This document shows positions 27,490 to 40,300 of a stretch of 64,000 nt of DNA, one piece after another. Location of the stretch: NCBI GenBank assembly GCA_012295275.1, contig CM022675.1, forward strand, positions 15,252,001 to 15,316,000. The letters run 5' to 3'. Numbering within the stretch: position 1 is the first letter of the stretch; every line of letters starts with the position of its first letter. The notes under the pieces are model-generated. The model saw nothing but the letters and a program-made list of their open reading frames with translations, had not been told where the DNA came from and searched no databases. The DNA comes from Chrysomallon squamiferum. Taxonomy: Eukaryota; Animalia; Mollusca. Both the position numbers and the translations under genes were made by a program.

Positions 27490-27909
27490 TGTTCCTGTTT
27501 TTGTTTTATTTGTTTTTTGTTTTGTTTTTTTGGAGGGTTTGAGGAGGCTGAAGGGGTTGGGAGATTTTCGTCTTCTGATTTCAGAATGATAACCTCTTTA
27601 TCTTATCCTTTCAGTTACAAATATATATTTAAAAAAAATCTAAAAAATAAAGGCTATTTTAAAAGCATTAATTACTTACGTATTTGTATCATTTTTAAAT
27701 TTTTAAAGTGAGAACTGAGAATATTATTTTAAAAACTGTGATTTTGCATTCAGTAGAGTGAAGGAAATAGAGAAGGGAAAAAAGCAGAAGAAAGGAAAAT
27801 AGCACTTAAGCTGTTTCCTGTGAATGTGATTTAATGTTGGGTCGCCCAGTGTGATAAAATGTGTGTGGTAAAATTTTACATATCCATGGTTTCAAGTTGT
27901 GAATACTTG

Positions 27910-28011
<102 letters not shown>

Positions 28012-28959
28012 TAAAAAGAAGGAAGAAAGAAGGATAAAAACGCGAATGTTACAGATATGTAGACTAATCAACTATTATTGAACATCCTAACAATTTATGT
28101 TTTCAGATAGTATTAATACACTTCTGGATCTTAAAGTCTATTGCTTACCTGAAGCAAACTCTATTCCCAATGGGTTGTCGCCAAGATACGTTCAAAGCGG
28201 TTTCGTTCTGTAGTCTCTGAGGAAAAGCAAGTATTAAAATGTGCTGCTTATGATTAATAACATTACCATCACACGCACTCACGCACTCGCGAATAATGGT
28301 TAACATAAAAATATTTGTTGGAGATGTGGCTGATCAAACAGCAGTACACTGTTGTTGTACTAGTAGTGGAAATAATGGTCTTAGACTTTGTAATAGTCGT
28401 AAAATTAGCAGTAGTTGTTTTACAACTAAAAAATAAAGAATGATGACAACAAATTCTCAGTAGTTATAATTTAGTTTCTGCATTCAAGTAACTACATATG
28501 CACTCTTTTGTAATATCTTTACAGTACCAAAATGAGATGTTTTTGTTTTCTAAAATCAGGTTAACTTATGTGGGACTCATTGCCCAATATCTGTGCAAAT
28601 ATTTCCGATGTTGTTCAGTATTTCATACTATTTTCAAAATATTCTGTTTATATGATGACGACAGAATTCAAATCACAATAAGGCGCCATATTTCTGGTGA
28701 AAGCGTTGCCGAAAAGTCTCCAACGCATCTGGTGGTAATAAAATGTAGGATTTCAATCGGAATTTTCTCCTTTAAAAAACTCGAGATGACATCCAGGTCA
28801 TTGCAATAGTTTTTGATAATGTATTTGATAAGCTCAACACAAACTATCGCTATTGTTAATCAAGAACGTTTTTCAAGGACATTTGTATGTAAGGTGAAAA
28901 AGTTTTCTTCTCTGTCAAGTGCACTGAAACAAAATTAATGGCATATTACTTTGATGATA

Positions 28960-29130
28960 GAAAGTAAGAAATATTTTATTTAACAGTGCACTCATCGCAT
29001 TTTAATTTATTTTTACGTGCATCACTGGTAATGAGAGAGGAAACCCGCTGCCTCACAAAAACAGCTACTCGTTTTTGTTTATAAATAAAATAACCACCAT
29101 TCCAAAGACAGTAAAGCATATTTCACAGAA
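28960..29130 (+). mobile_element. Degenerate SINE-like interspersed repeat remnant
   Basis: Motif order aagaaatattttatttaac...gcactca...gagagaggaaacccgctg...gctactc resembles, from memory, an abundant gastropod interspersed repeat. Weakly similar tracts occur near 18680-18850, 43290-43340 and 58930-59000. Not verified by search. Confidence 0.35.
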
Positions 29131-32100
29131 ATCAGCCGATGACACTGCTAGCAGAACAGCCAGTGAAAGTGATAAGATGAATGAAGAACATAAATAAATA
29201 AAAAATAAATCGGTATCAGTGACATCTGTTTAAAAAACAACTTTGTATAACAATTACATAACAAAACAAAAAGTGATCAGTAATAATCTGATTCAGTGAT
29301 TGTATTCCGATTTGGATGTAATTAATTAATTAACTATGGTCGTACTATATACACTGTTTGGTGAATATAATGATACCTAAAGTACTTCAGGAATCTCTTT
29401 ACACAGAAAATAATCTTAAAATATTCCATTTCATGTACAACTGAAATTTGTCTTGCTTTCTTTATTACTTTATTTCATTATTATTAATTACTTGAATCTG
29501 AATTTGAATTTGAAAACGAAATAAATTTATTAGAAAAACAAATGCCATGTCATTCGCATGAAATGCACATGGACTTTGAAATGTGAAAAACATCTTTTGT
29601 AAAACATCAGAAACAAATTTGTTAATGTTTGGAATTTTCGGAACCGCCTTTCCTATGGAATGTGTAAATCGCTCAGTTTGATGCAGGTGACGAGATTCAA
29701 AGTGCAGCGAGCAGGTCACATATGTAGCACGTGGAATAGTTAATTTCAACGCAATTCATGAAGAGATTGCTACACCTTGTACAATTCGCAATTTATGAAA
29801 AATAAAAATAAACAGTTAAGATAAAACGTAGTACATAAAGAACAGAAAATATGTGTACAAACAGTAGCTTAATTAATGAACAAACAATAAACATCTATAA
29901 TAAATAAACAGAAAAAGAGTAGAATAGGTTTTTAAATAAATACTTATTAATGCACCTACTGAATATCGCTAATCCCAAATTCGAAATCGGATCCTATTGA
30001 TTTTGATTTTTCTATGTGACGATTCACGCACAAAATTATTAAACATATTTTAATAAAAGCGACAGTATTAAATATTAATGATATACACATGGACCTGGGT
30101 CCAGTTCTCATCCAACACTTAGAGAGACCAACTATTCGACTCTGATTTATCTTACATGTTTTTGTTTTTTTTCAGAAGCTGACTTTTTTTCTTTTCTTTT
30201 CTTTTATCGGTATACATTAGTTCTTTTAAATCACTAAATATTCTTCTCAGTGAGAGTGTGTATTCTCAGACTAACAAACTGAAGTGAAAACTGCTGACAG
30301 AATAATTTTACCATCCTAAAGTCACCTCTCTGTGCCACCCTAAAGGTCTGATTGTTCTTGAAATAGCCATACTTATTCAGCGACTGAACTGAATTAATAA
30401 ATAAGATTTCAAATTTAAACATAAACTGAAATAAATCTTTCAATCCGCCATTCTATATCATCGAAAATGCATTAGTCAGTGGTGTTATATATTTCGTGTC
30501 GAAATTTGATTGGCGGAGAGGAGAGGTTACATCACCTCCGTGTGTAAAATAGTATGGTTTGAAATAGAATGTCTCCGCCTTATCTCACTTAGACGGGTGA
30601 AAAACAAATAACAAATAGTCTCCTATAACTTCTGTAGCAATTCTGATAGTTTCAGATATAAAATCTTTCTGATGTTTATCTGACTCCTGTTTGAAAGGCT
30701 CTCTAACTCTGACAAGTGTAATAGAGTTAACATTAAGACGTAAACTTTGACTGCACTGAAAATGAAATATAAATTTACTACAGATTACAGATAAAATTAA
30801 AACAATGTTATTGAAAGAACAAATACCTTTATTATCAGTATAATATTATTTATATAAAACGCTAGGCAAAATCAGTTCTGTCCTCGTTTACTCCGTTTGG
30901 CATATGGTAATCTCAGATAAACCACTCTAATTTTTTTTCTTCGATTTGATACAGTTGTATCCCGTTAGGTCATTCATTTTATTACAATGCGTAAAGGCCA
31001 ATATATTTACGTGTTTTTTTTTTTTGTGTGTTTTTTTGGATCTGTGGTATTTGATGGGTGTTGTTTTTTGTTGGGGGGCGGGCGTACTTTTTATGTTTTC
31101 TGTATGACGATTTTGAATCAGGATACTTATTTTACATATAGGTTATTGATATCAATTAAAAAAAAAAAGAAATACATGAACATTTCTTTTCGTGTTGTTT
31201 ACTGAAAATGAATTTTGGTAAAATTTCGAAAAAACATTAACAATTCAGTTTACCTGTAACAATATTACGAGGCTGCACGCAAGTCAATATGTTTATGATA
31301 GAAAACATATTTTTCTCATAATGGGAATAGTTGGCGATGTTTGTGTATTGTAATTTGACAATAGAAGACATATGACCGCCTTGGACCAATGGAAGCTTGC
31401 AGCGGATCTGAAAAGAAACCGGTCACCAGCAAGGAAATAAAAATATTGTTTTTCTCTATTGTTTTCCATTATCTGGAAACTAACTGTTACGTTATTTGAA
31501 GTGAGAGCTAAAGAATATTCAACAGCACGTGAACTATACTGTTCAAATATTAGATTAATAAAGACATAAATACAAGCACGCATACACACACACGATTTTT
31601 GAAATAACGGACTCACATGTTATGTAACTATTAATATAAAAGTTCAGTATTAAAATTCAGAAATCATTGACACCCCTTTCCTGGATTTAGACCCTCTTGT
31701 TTTCCACACACACACAAACAATAAAAACAAACATGAAAACAGTAACATAAATTTATTTTGATTTACAATAAATTATTTTCACCTTTTACCTGTAAGTGCA
31801 GCAAAGTGAAGTATAAAACATAAAATAAAATGGTGTTCATTTCAACCATGATTTTACCTTTTCTTTTCTATTTACAAAACATTAAACAAGTTTCTTACTA
31901 TTGCTGAAATTAATAGATTTGCTTTTATTATGATTATTATTATTATTATTTTTATTTTTAATGAAATTTTTAAAATAAGATTTTAATCACAAGGCATTTG
32001 AAGATATATATCATTTTTAATACTAACAACAACAACAACAAAAGCAATCCTCATTATCATCATCACAATTTTGATTTGAACATTTTTGAACAAATATAAT

Positions 32101-34331
32101 AAAGTAACTAAAACTGAAATGACAGAAACACTAAGTTACATTAAAACTGATATGAACAAAGTAATATTTCCAGTGAGGTGGAATGTGATGACTGAAAATG
32201 TGATTTCCCTGCTTCTTTTATCACTGGTCTCACAATAATCTCTATAATCATAGGAATGTTTGTGTTCCTGTTTTTAAACAGCTCTTAAATGGTATAAACA
32301 CAAATCAGCCTATCTGCCAAAAGGGCTATACTGATATTTTTCATGTAATGTTTATTTGTACTGATTTGTGTTGGGTTCAGATAACAAGCAAATTTCCAAA
32401 TGGTTAAAACAAATATTGATAATTAAATATGATTACTGTAGATTGTTTAATAATCATGCAATTTAATGCAATAGCTGTTGTAAATTGAATATAAATGATG
32501 TAGATAATTCAGTATCAAAACAGTAGAAAAAAACAAATCTGTAGAAAATGAAATACCAAGTCGCATATGAGCACATTACAGTGAATCAAGACCATTTTGC
32601 TTCCTTAGCCCACTGTGTTAACACAGCTAAAGTCAAAGACGAGTGTTCCAAATCATCAAAATCCTTCAATCACAGATTACCATACTTAACCAGTTAACAG
32701 GACAGTGTATTATTTGCAGCTTAGAACTCTTTTTGTTAGATGGTCACATTTTACATGTACTGTTGCAGTGAGGGACCCATTAATGATCAACATGAGCTGA
32801 CAAGTTGTTAGAAATGACAGACTAGCATCTTTATACATGAAACAAAATTGTAGATACAGTCAAGATTTATTAGTAAACTTAAGGCTGAACATTTGCTTGT
32901 TATGGTAATAGGTAATTATTAGATAGTTTTTTGTAATAAAGTTAAATATAAGATAAAAAAGAAGTCAATGTAAAAAATCAGTTTAATAGCAGAAGTAAGG
33001 TTTCTTTGTATCTACTGATTCTACAAAGTCACTGCTCTTATTTTATGTTTCTGTAATCATCTACTGTATTAACCCAGAACAATCACAGACCATATAAACT
33101 TTTAAAACACCAAATGTCTCCTTAAATACTAAGCTATTTTAAAACATGTATGTATGTGTGTGATGTGTGTAAACATACATGCATGAATGTGTGTTAAACA
33201 AAGACCTGGTAGATCCAAAATAAGCCACAATAACTATTAAAAATAAAGATAAAATGACAGTGGTGACAGATCAGTACTGTTATTTCAGACGTACAAGATA
33301 AACTTTCACAGACTGTGTTACATTTAAATGCATACTGCATAACAACACTGTACAGAACTGTTGACTCATACAGTGAGACAGAGTTAAACATAAACCTGTA
33401 CAAAACTTTAATAAAATATAAAACTGATCAAGACAACATGTTACTCTTATTTTTTTCAAATATATACACTACACATTTACACAAGTTACTTAGATATAAA
33501 CAGACATATATTGTCAGATGACTTAACACCACAAAGAGAAAGGTATATAAATGAGATCACATACCTCATACACAAAAAACCACAATAAAACTGAAAGAAC
33601 ATACCAGTGTGGTGCATTCAAATACACAAATAATAGAAATTTTATTACTTTGTGTTTGTTATCAAAACATCAGAATATGTTATCACTCTAAGCAAGGCAC
33701 TACTTTCCACACAAAACTTATTGCACAATAAACACACTCAGATCATATTTATAAACATACATTTTTAAAAGTAAGAAAGTTTTAACTGGCAGGTAATTAT
33801 TTATTTATGTAATTAAAAATAATGAGTAATTGAATGTGTGTAAATTTTATTTTTTAAATGCATAAAATTCCAACATTAATGAATTTAAACAGGTTTATGT
33901 ATGTCCACATTTGTCATTATTTGTGTAATAATTAGTTTGTAGTATTTAATTTTATCTGTTTTTAATGGTATGTTGTCATTAAAGATAGTCAGAATATTTT
34001 CTGCAACTTTAGTTATTCAAAAAATTCAGAATATTGTTGTTTTTTACAATGATTATAAATGAAATAAAGTTGTATTTAAAACAAGATCATTTTGCTGATA
34101 ATTTTCAGATAATAAATATTATTATAGGCACTGTTGATTTATTATGTAGTTAAAAAATAAAAATAAAAATTACTTATAGCCAAAAATACATCAGAAGCAT
34201 ATAGCAATGATGGATTTCAACAACATTTTTATTCATTTTATAGCAATGGATCAATTTAATTTTATTTACTTGATTAAATTTAATTTATAAAAGTTTACCA
34301 ATAAAGAACATACATTACAATGAAAAAATAA

Positions 34332-37300
34332 TCATTTCTCATCCATTGGTTTGTGTGATCTCTTATACCACACTTTGCTGTAATTATCTTCTAGCTTCTT
34401 CTGTCTCTCTTCCTCCTTCTTTGCTTCATTTGTTCCTCCCTGAAAAACAAAATATAAGTATGTCTATATGTTTATAAGATTGAATCTAATGTGTGTCTAC
34501 ATTAAAGTGACCAATGTTAAAGAAAAACTAATTCTAGTGACCTCCCTTTCAATTACAAAAAATCATTTTGTATTACAATTAACTAACCAATATAATACCT
34601 TATATTTCAGAAACAGATGAATTCTCTAGGATCAACTAATAAACATTAAGTATTACACTATTTACTGTGTTCTAGAAATGTTGATAGATCATATTTACCT
34701 AGGTTAGAAAGTATTGTAGTTAGTAAATGTGGGTAATAAAAATCTACAAAGACATTACATAAATGTAGACAGTATCTACAGAAGTATTTTGCCATGTCAG
34801 CCAGTCCTTCAGATACAAAAAAGAAAAAAAAGGTGTAACCTTGACCTCTATGTTACATCATGTGTTTTTCATACAACAGAAAGAATGTGAGCCAGAGAAA
34901 AGCATCTTTAAAAAATCACACAATATCTGATACAAATTCTTTCTTAAACTTTTAAATGAAATAATGTTAATATTTCTAAATTTTCAGAAACATACCACAA
35001 AATGAATAACCATATTCCCCCAAACATAATATATAAAATTAAAATGATTCATTGCTATAAAACTAATGCATGAAGTTGAATTTTTTTCATAATTTAAATT
35101 ATTACAGAATCTGTTTTATATTTAAATAAATTGTTGTAAAAGTCTTCAATAAATTCCCATTTTTAACAAATATTTTTCAAAAACTTTGTTTATTTACAGA
35201 ACACTATTTTTCTTTAGTTAGTAACATTAAACAGTGAAGTGACTATTGGGTAAATATTATTTGTTGAAGGAACTATTACTAGTTAGCATACATAGCTAAA
35301 TTGTGTTGCTGATGCTGGACAATTCCTCTATATGCTAAATGACTTTCTTAATTCACTATTTTCAAAAGAGAACAATGAATTAATAGCAGGAGAATCTTAA
35401 AATACTAACTTTGTTGTATTTGATTTTTTGTTTTTTGGGTTGTTTTTTTTTATTGTTTTTCAATCCCCATTTTATGTAACAGTTTGAGAATTTTAGTTTG
35501 TAGGCAAGTATGAAGGATATCAGTATTTTACATATTGTGGCAGTAAAAAAACACTGTTACAGTTCATTTATTACTAATACATACCAACACAGCAACTATG
35601 AGGTTTTGAAATGAAGCACTTTCTTCTTCTGACAGTATGTGTATAGAATCATCATCTGGGTTGTAGTAACCTGAAGTTATTATCTTCACCTGTATTTTAC
35701 CACCTGAAACAGAACATCCATTTCTAAACAGAGTAACAAAGTACAACAGTGTAAACACAGTGATTTTGTAAATTACTCAGTGTATACCAAAGCCTTGGTA
35801 ACCCAGTCATGGAACTCAGGTTGAACAGGAAAAAAAAAAACAAAGTAGAAAAAACTGGATATGTTAATTTGAATGAAAATTTCCAACACAAATCAAATCA
35901 TTTTCACTAATGTTTTGGGGAAGCTGACCGATTATCACAGCAGGAAAACATTAAAAATATCAGATTAAAAACAAAAGAAAAATTAAATAGTTGCACATAA
36001 TGAAAACCAAATATGTTTAACAATTAACAGGTTCACAGCTGTACAAACTCCAACTAAGATTATGTTTCCACATGCACACCATCTGTTTTCTAACTTGTGA
36101 GTAACTGTTTTATATGTTTTAAAGTCCAGTCTTTTTACAGTTACATTAAAATTAATTAACAAATGTAGAAATATACTTGTCACATTAGTTCATACACAGG
36201 TTATGTTTTAAAATTCTGTTTAACATAACATAAAAATAAAGAAATAAATAACCAAAAGAAAGAAAGAAATAATAACTAAAAACTTGCAAATTAATAAATT
36301 TAATAAGGGTGAAATGCTTGTGTTAATATTTATTTTGTCAAACCTGTTTGTCTAAATGCCTAAAAACCAGAGACAAATGTGTGTTATCAATAAACAAGTG
36401 ATGTTTTGTTATTAATTTTAGGTGAACATTTATTCATCATAGAGAAAAATGTTGGTCTTAATAAAACATTGTTTTTACTTGTGGATACTAGTAAGCAACA
36501 AAAATGTGTGCTTTTAATAAAATACTCATGTCATATTTACTCTTCTAGACATTTCTACAGTGTGTATGTCAGATCACTGTTTTATACCACATGCTTTTTC
36601 CATTTTAAAAACCAGTTTCCTGTTATCTCTTGTCCACCCTGCCGTTTTACATTACACTGACATCTCTCAACATTATCACTGTTTTATTCTATATCTTATT
36701 TCTAGTTAAGGTCAGCTTTAGTGAATTGAATGATGTTTTGAACAATAGGAGAAAGTGGAATTCAGACAGTCTGTCCACATTACTCATGTAAATATTGATG
36801 TAATAAGTCTAGAAAAGTCAAAGAATTTTGTTAACCAAACTAAACACAACAGAACAGAGGTATCACCCAGTCTGTCAGGACTGATTAAAATATGTGTGTG
36901 CATGGAGTGTGTATCTCATTGTGTTTTACATTCAATTTCCATACTAATAAAGAATGAAAACAAGAAACAAATATGTTTATGCAGGTATTAATATCAGTTT
37001 TGACAATTAAAATCTGTTATGGTATTATACTTTTTTATATTTAGTATCTAGGTAAATGTCACGGAATTCAGATTGCATAACCAAATGTTTATTTCAATCA
37101 GATCCTTTTATTTTTAAGCAATGAATTCTAGATTGCTTAACTTTAATTGTTACTTCAAATCACATCCGCTCTTTTATTTTTAAGCTATAGAATTGAAATT
37201 GCATAACTTTAATTATTACTACAATCACATCCGCTCTTTTTATTGTTTTCAATTCCATGGTGTTGTTATAAAAAGGGCTGGCATTTGGTAACTGAAGGGA

Positions 37301-40300
37301 GAAAAAGAGAGAAGTAAGCAAAGTAAGCGAGAGCAAAGGAAACAGTCAAGACCAGAATTCAGTCAGGTGGGGAAACCAAATGTTTACGGACGAGTATGGT
37401 AAGCAATTGTCTATTCTTATTTTCACATAGTGTAATGTGCAATTAACCTGTGTCAATAACATTTATTATACATAAAATTTAATGTTTAATCTGTTCTCCA
37501 TGCAGATTCTTATTTTGTCTTGGTTCCCCTTATGACCTTTCTCATATCATTAATCAAAATTACTTAAATGTATGTTTTATGATTGTATAAGGTATTATTA
37601 TCAAGTCACCTGTATATCATAATTAAACAATTGGTGTTGTGTTTATTTCTCTAGTGGATAGATAGACTTATTTATTTATATAGATTGCTGTCAATTTAGC
37701 ATTTATATTCCTTGTGATATAAGAACTAAATTCAACAAATTCTAATCTGCAACATTCTGATTGTCAGCTGGCACACAAAATTAAACATGATATTTAAATA
37801 AACTTTAATGCACTGCTACACATAATACGTTTTATTTAATGGTAATATTTATAGTCAGTGTCTTTAAACATTCTTTAAAATTATCTTTACCTCCAGTTTC
37901 CAAACCAGCTTTTTCAAGTCCATCTTTGACAGTGTTCTCCAGATGTTTTCTAGTTTTGTCTGAAATATTTTCATCCTCTTGAATCATGCTGCCACTTTTT
38001 ATTCTTGTCACCCGCACTTTTACTCTATCATTTGCTACAAAACAAACACTGCATGACAGTCTTTTCAATAAAGCACATGTGTGTTAACTGAAATGAAACA
38101 TTTATTGTTTAAAATTTATAAAGCTTTTATCAAAAATCTACTTTACATAGATGTATATAACAATCTTTCCTAATAATAAAATCAGAAGTTTACAAGGTCT
38201 TGCACAGGCCATCATTTACACCTAGAACATTAGGAAACGAAAGGATTGATCAGAAAATTTGTCAGAATTTAGTCTGAAACAAACAGTCTTCAGTAGGTTT
38301 TGTTTTCAAAAATTCATAAAAGCCGTTTTATACCCAATATCTGTTTTACCAACAACCATTAGATATGTCTGTCTGTCTGTCTATCTATCTATATGTCTGT
38401 CTGTCTGTGTGTCTGTCTGTGTGTCTGTCTGTCTATCTATTAAAATATATAAAAAGGAAATAAAAATGTATTTAGTTAACTGATATATTTGCTGCACCTG
38501 AACATAATCATGTGACTAGTGAGAGGTAATATTCAAATAAGACATTTAAATATGTAAACACTGCACCTCATGTAAGCATGACAATAGTTAAACTAAGCAA
38601 ACTGTTAAACACCTTATGTGTACAGTAACACCCATCTTTAACAACACAGAACAAATTAACCTTTAAACTAATCTCTTGATTTCTCTTTGTATAAAATATT
38701 TTAATGTTCAGATTAAAATGGATATTAAATAAATGCAGATATCTTAAAAATTAGTTTTCCAAAGTAAAAAAATATGTTAGTTTGACTAAATATACTGTGT
38801 AAAATCAGAAAATATCACTATTAAAGTTATAATAACCAGCGCCTTCCATATCAATGTTACCTGTATTAATAACAATGATACTCACTCACATAAAAGAAAG
38901 TACAGACAAGTGAGGTATCAGATTACTGACAGATAACACAAGTGACAGTGGCAATGTGTCACACTACACATGACAAACAAACAGCATACAGAACACTTAG
39001 ACTTGGACACAACAACAATCTGAAAGGAATTTCAGAAATTCCCTTTCACATGCTGAAACAGATGTTTAGAGCATATTTCTGTACACTGTGATGCTCTATG
39101 GCTATAAATATTTTTGTTTTGCTGATGAATTACAGGTGTAAGCATAGTTAACCCATATTGTCTCTCAGGTGATGAAAATTAGTGTTAACGCATTTTAGTA
39201 TGACAGGTTATAGAACACAGAAAAAGAACTGTGCATACCTGGAGATAAACATGATAATACTTGTGAATGTGTGAGAGGGTGGTTCTAAATATCAGTATGG
39301 GTGTGTACATATAAGTATTGTATATACCTGCGAGTGAAAATCCACGTATTTGTTATATATAGCAAATGTTAAGTTAAACTGAATAAATACATATTTCAAT
39401 TAAGCTAAACACACACATTACTGATACTTCTAAACACTGGAAACAGTTTCATCCTGATATAACAAACGTTCACAAAATATTGTTCTCTTTGCTACTGCAC
39501 TCAGACATTTTTGGCAATTCCACAATTAAAAAAAAAATCATAATAATAATAAAATTAAATTGTTGGTGCTAGGCATTAGTTGTTTTTTGTATAGCAAAGA
39601 TTCCCCTCCCCCATATACATCAATTTGTCAGTTAGAGAAAAAACATAAAATCTGAACAAGTTATCTTGTACATTAAACTTATTTACTTCTCTCTGTTACT
39701 TGCTCCAGTTTTGGATATGATATCAATTTCTGCAATTCTACAAATTATGATTTAGCAAACTGTCTTTAGCAAAATATCCAAACAACAGCATAACAATTCC
39801 AAGGACAAAAGCTGTTTTTTGTCATACTGCATGGTATTTTGGGGGAATCCTAATACAAGGCACTGGAATACCAAAAAAAAGAAAAAAGAACAGTTCCAGA
39901 AGGAAAGGAAACAAATTTCATTTTTGTAAATAACAATTAACATAAAACAATTTACATATAAAAACTAACTTATTTAAAAAAATTGTATATGCCTACAGTC
40001 TGCATGAATGATACATATAGTCTATGTCTCTAATATACATGAAGAAATAAAGTTGTAAAGAGCACTAACCAGTTTTGGGCTGGGCCAGTGAAGGTGGTGC
40101 TTCTAACTGGCCTTTTATCTGGCTAGATTTCTTCTCTGTATCAGCTTCTGAATGATCTTGTAACAGCTTATCAACTTCACTAATGTCTGAAAATACCTTG
40201 ACTGTCAGCACATCAAACCAATTGTAGTGAAATAATAAACAGCAAAAATGTACACTTCCTATTTAGTTTTGTAAATAACAAAGGATACAATAAATAAGTA

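Noticed and set aside
28700-28730. GAAAAGTCTCC resembling the RNase P/MRP CR-I motif
   Set aside because: No matching CR-V/P4 partner or terminator at a suitable distance.
30444-30517. pre-miRNA-like hairpin tccgcca...tggcgga
   Set aside because: Only the outer 7 bp pair well; the inner stem is too broken and I recognise no known seed.
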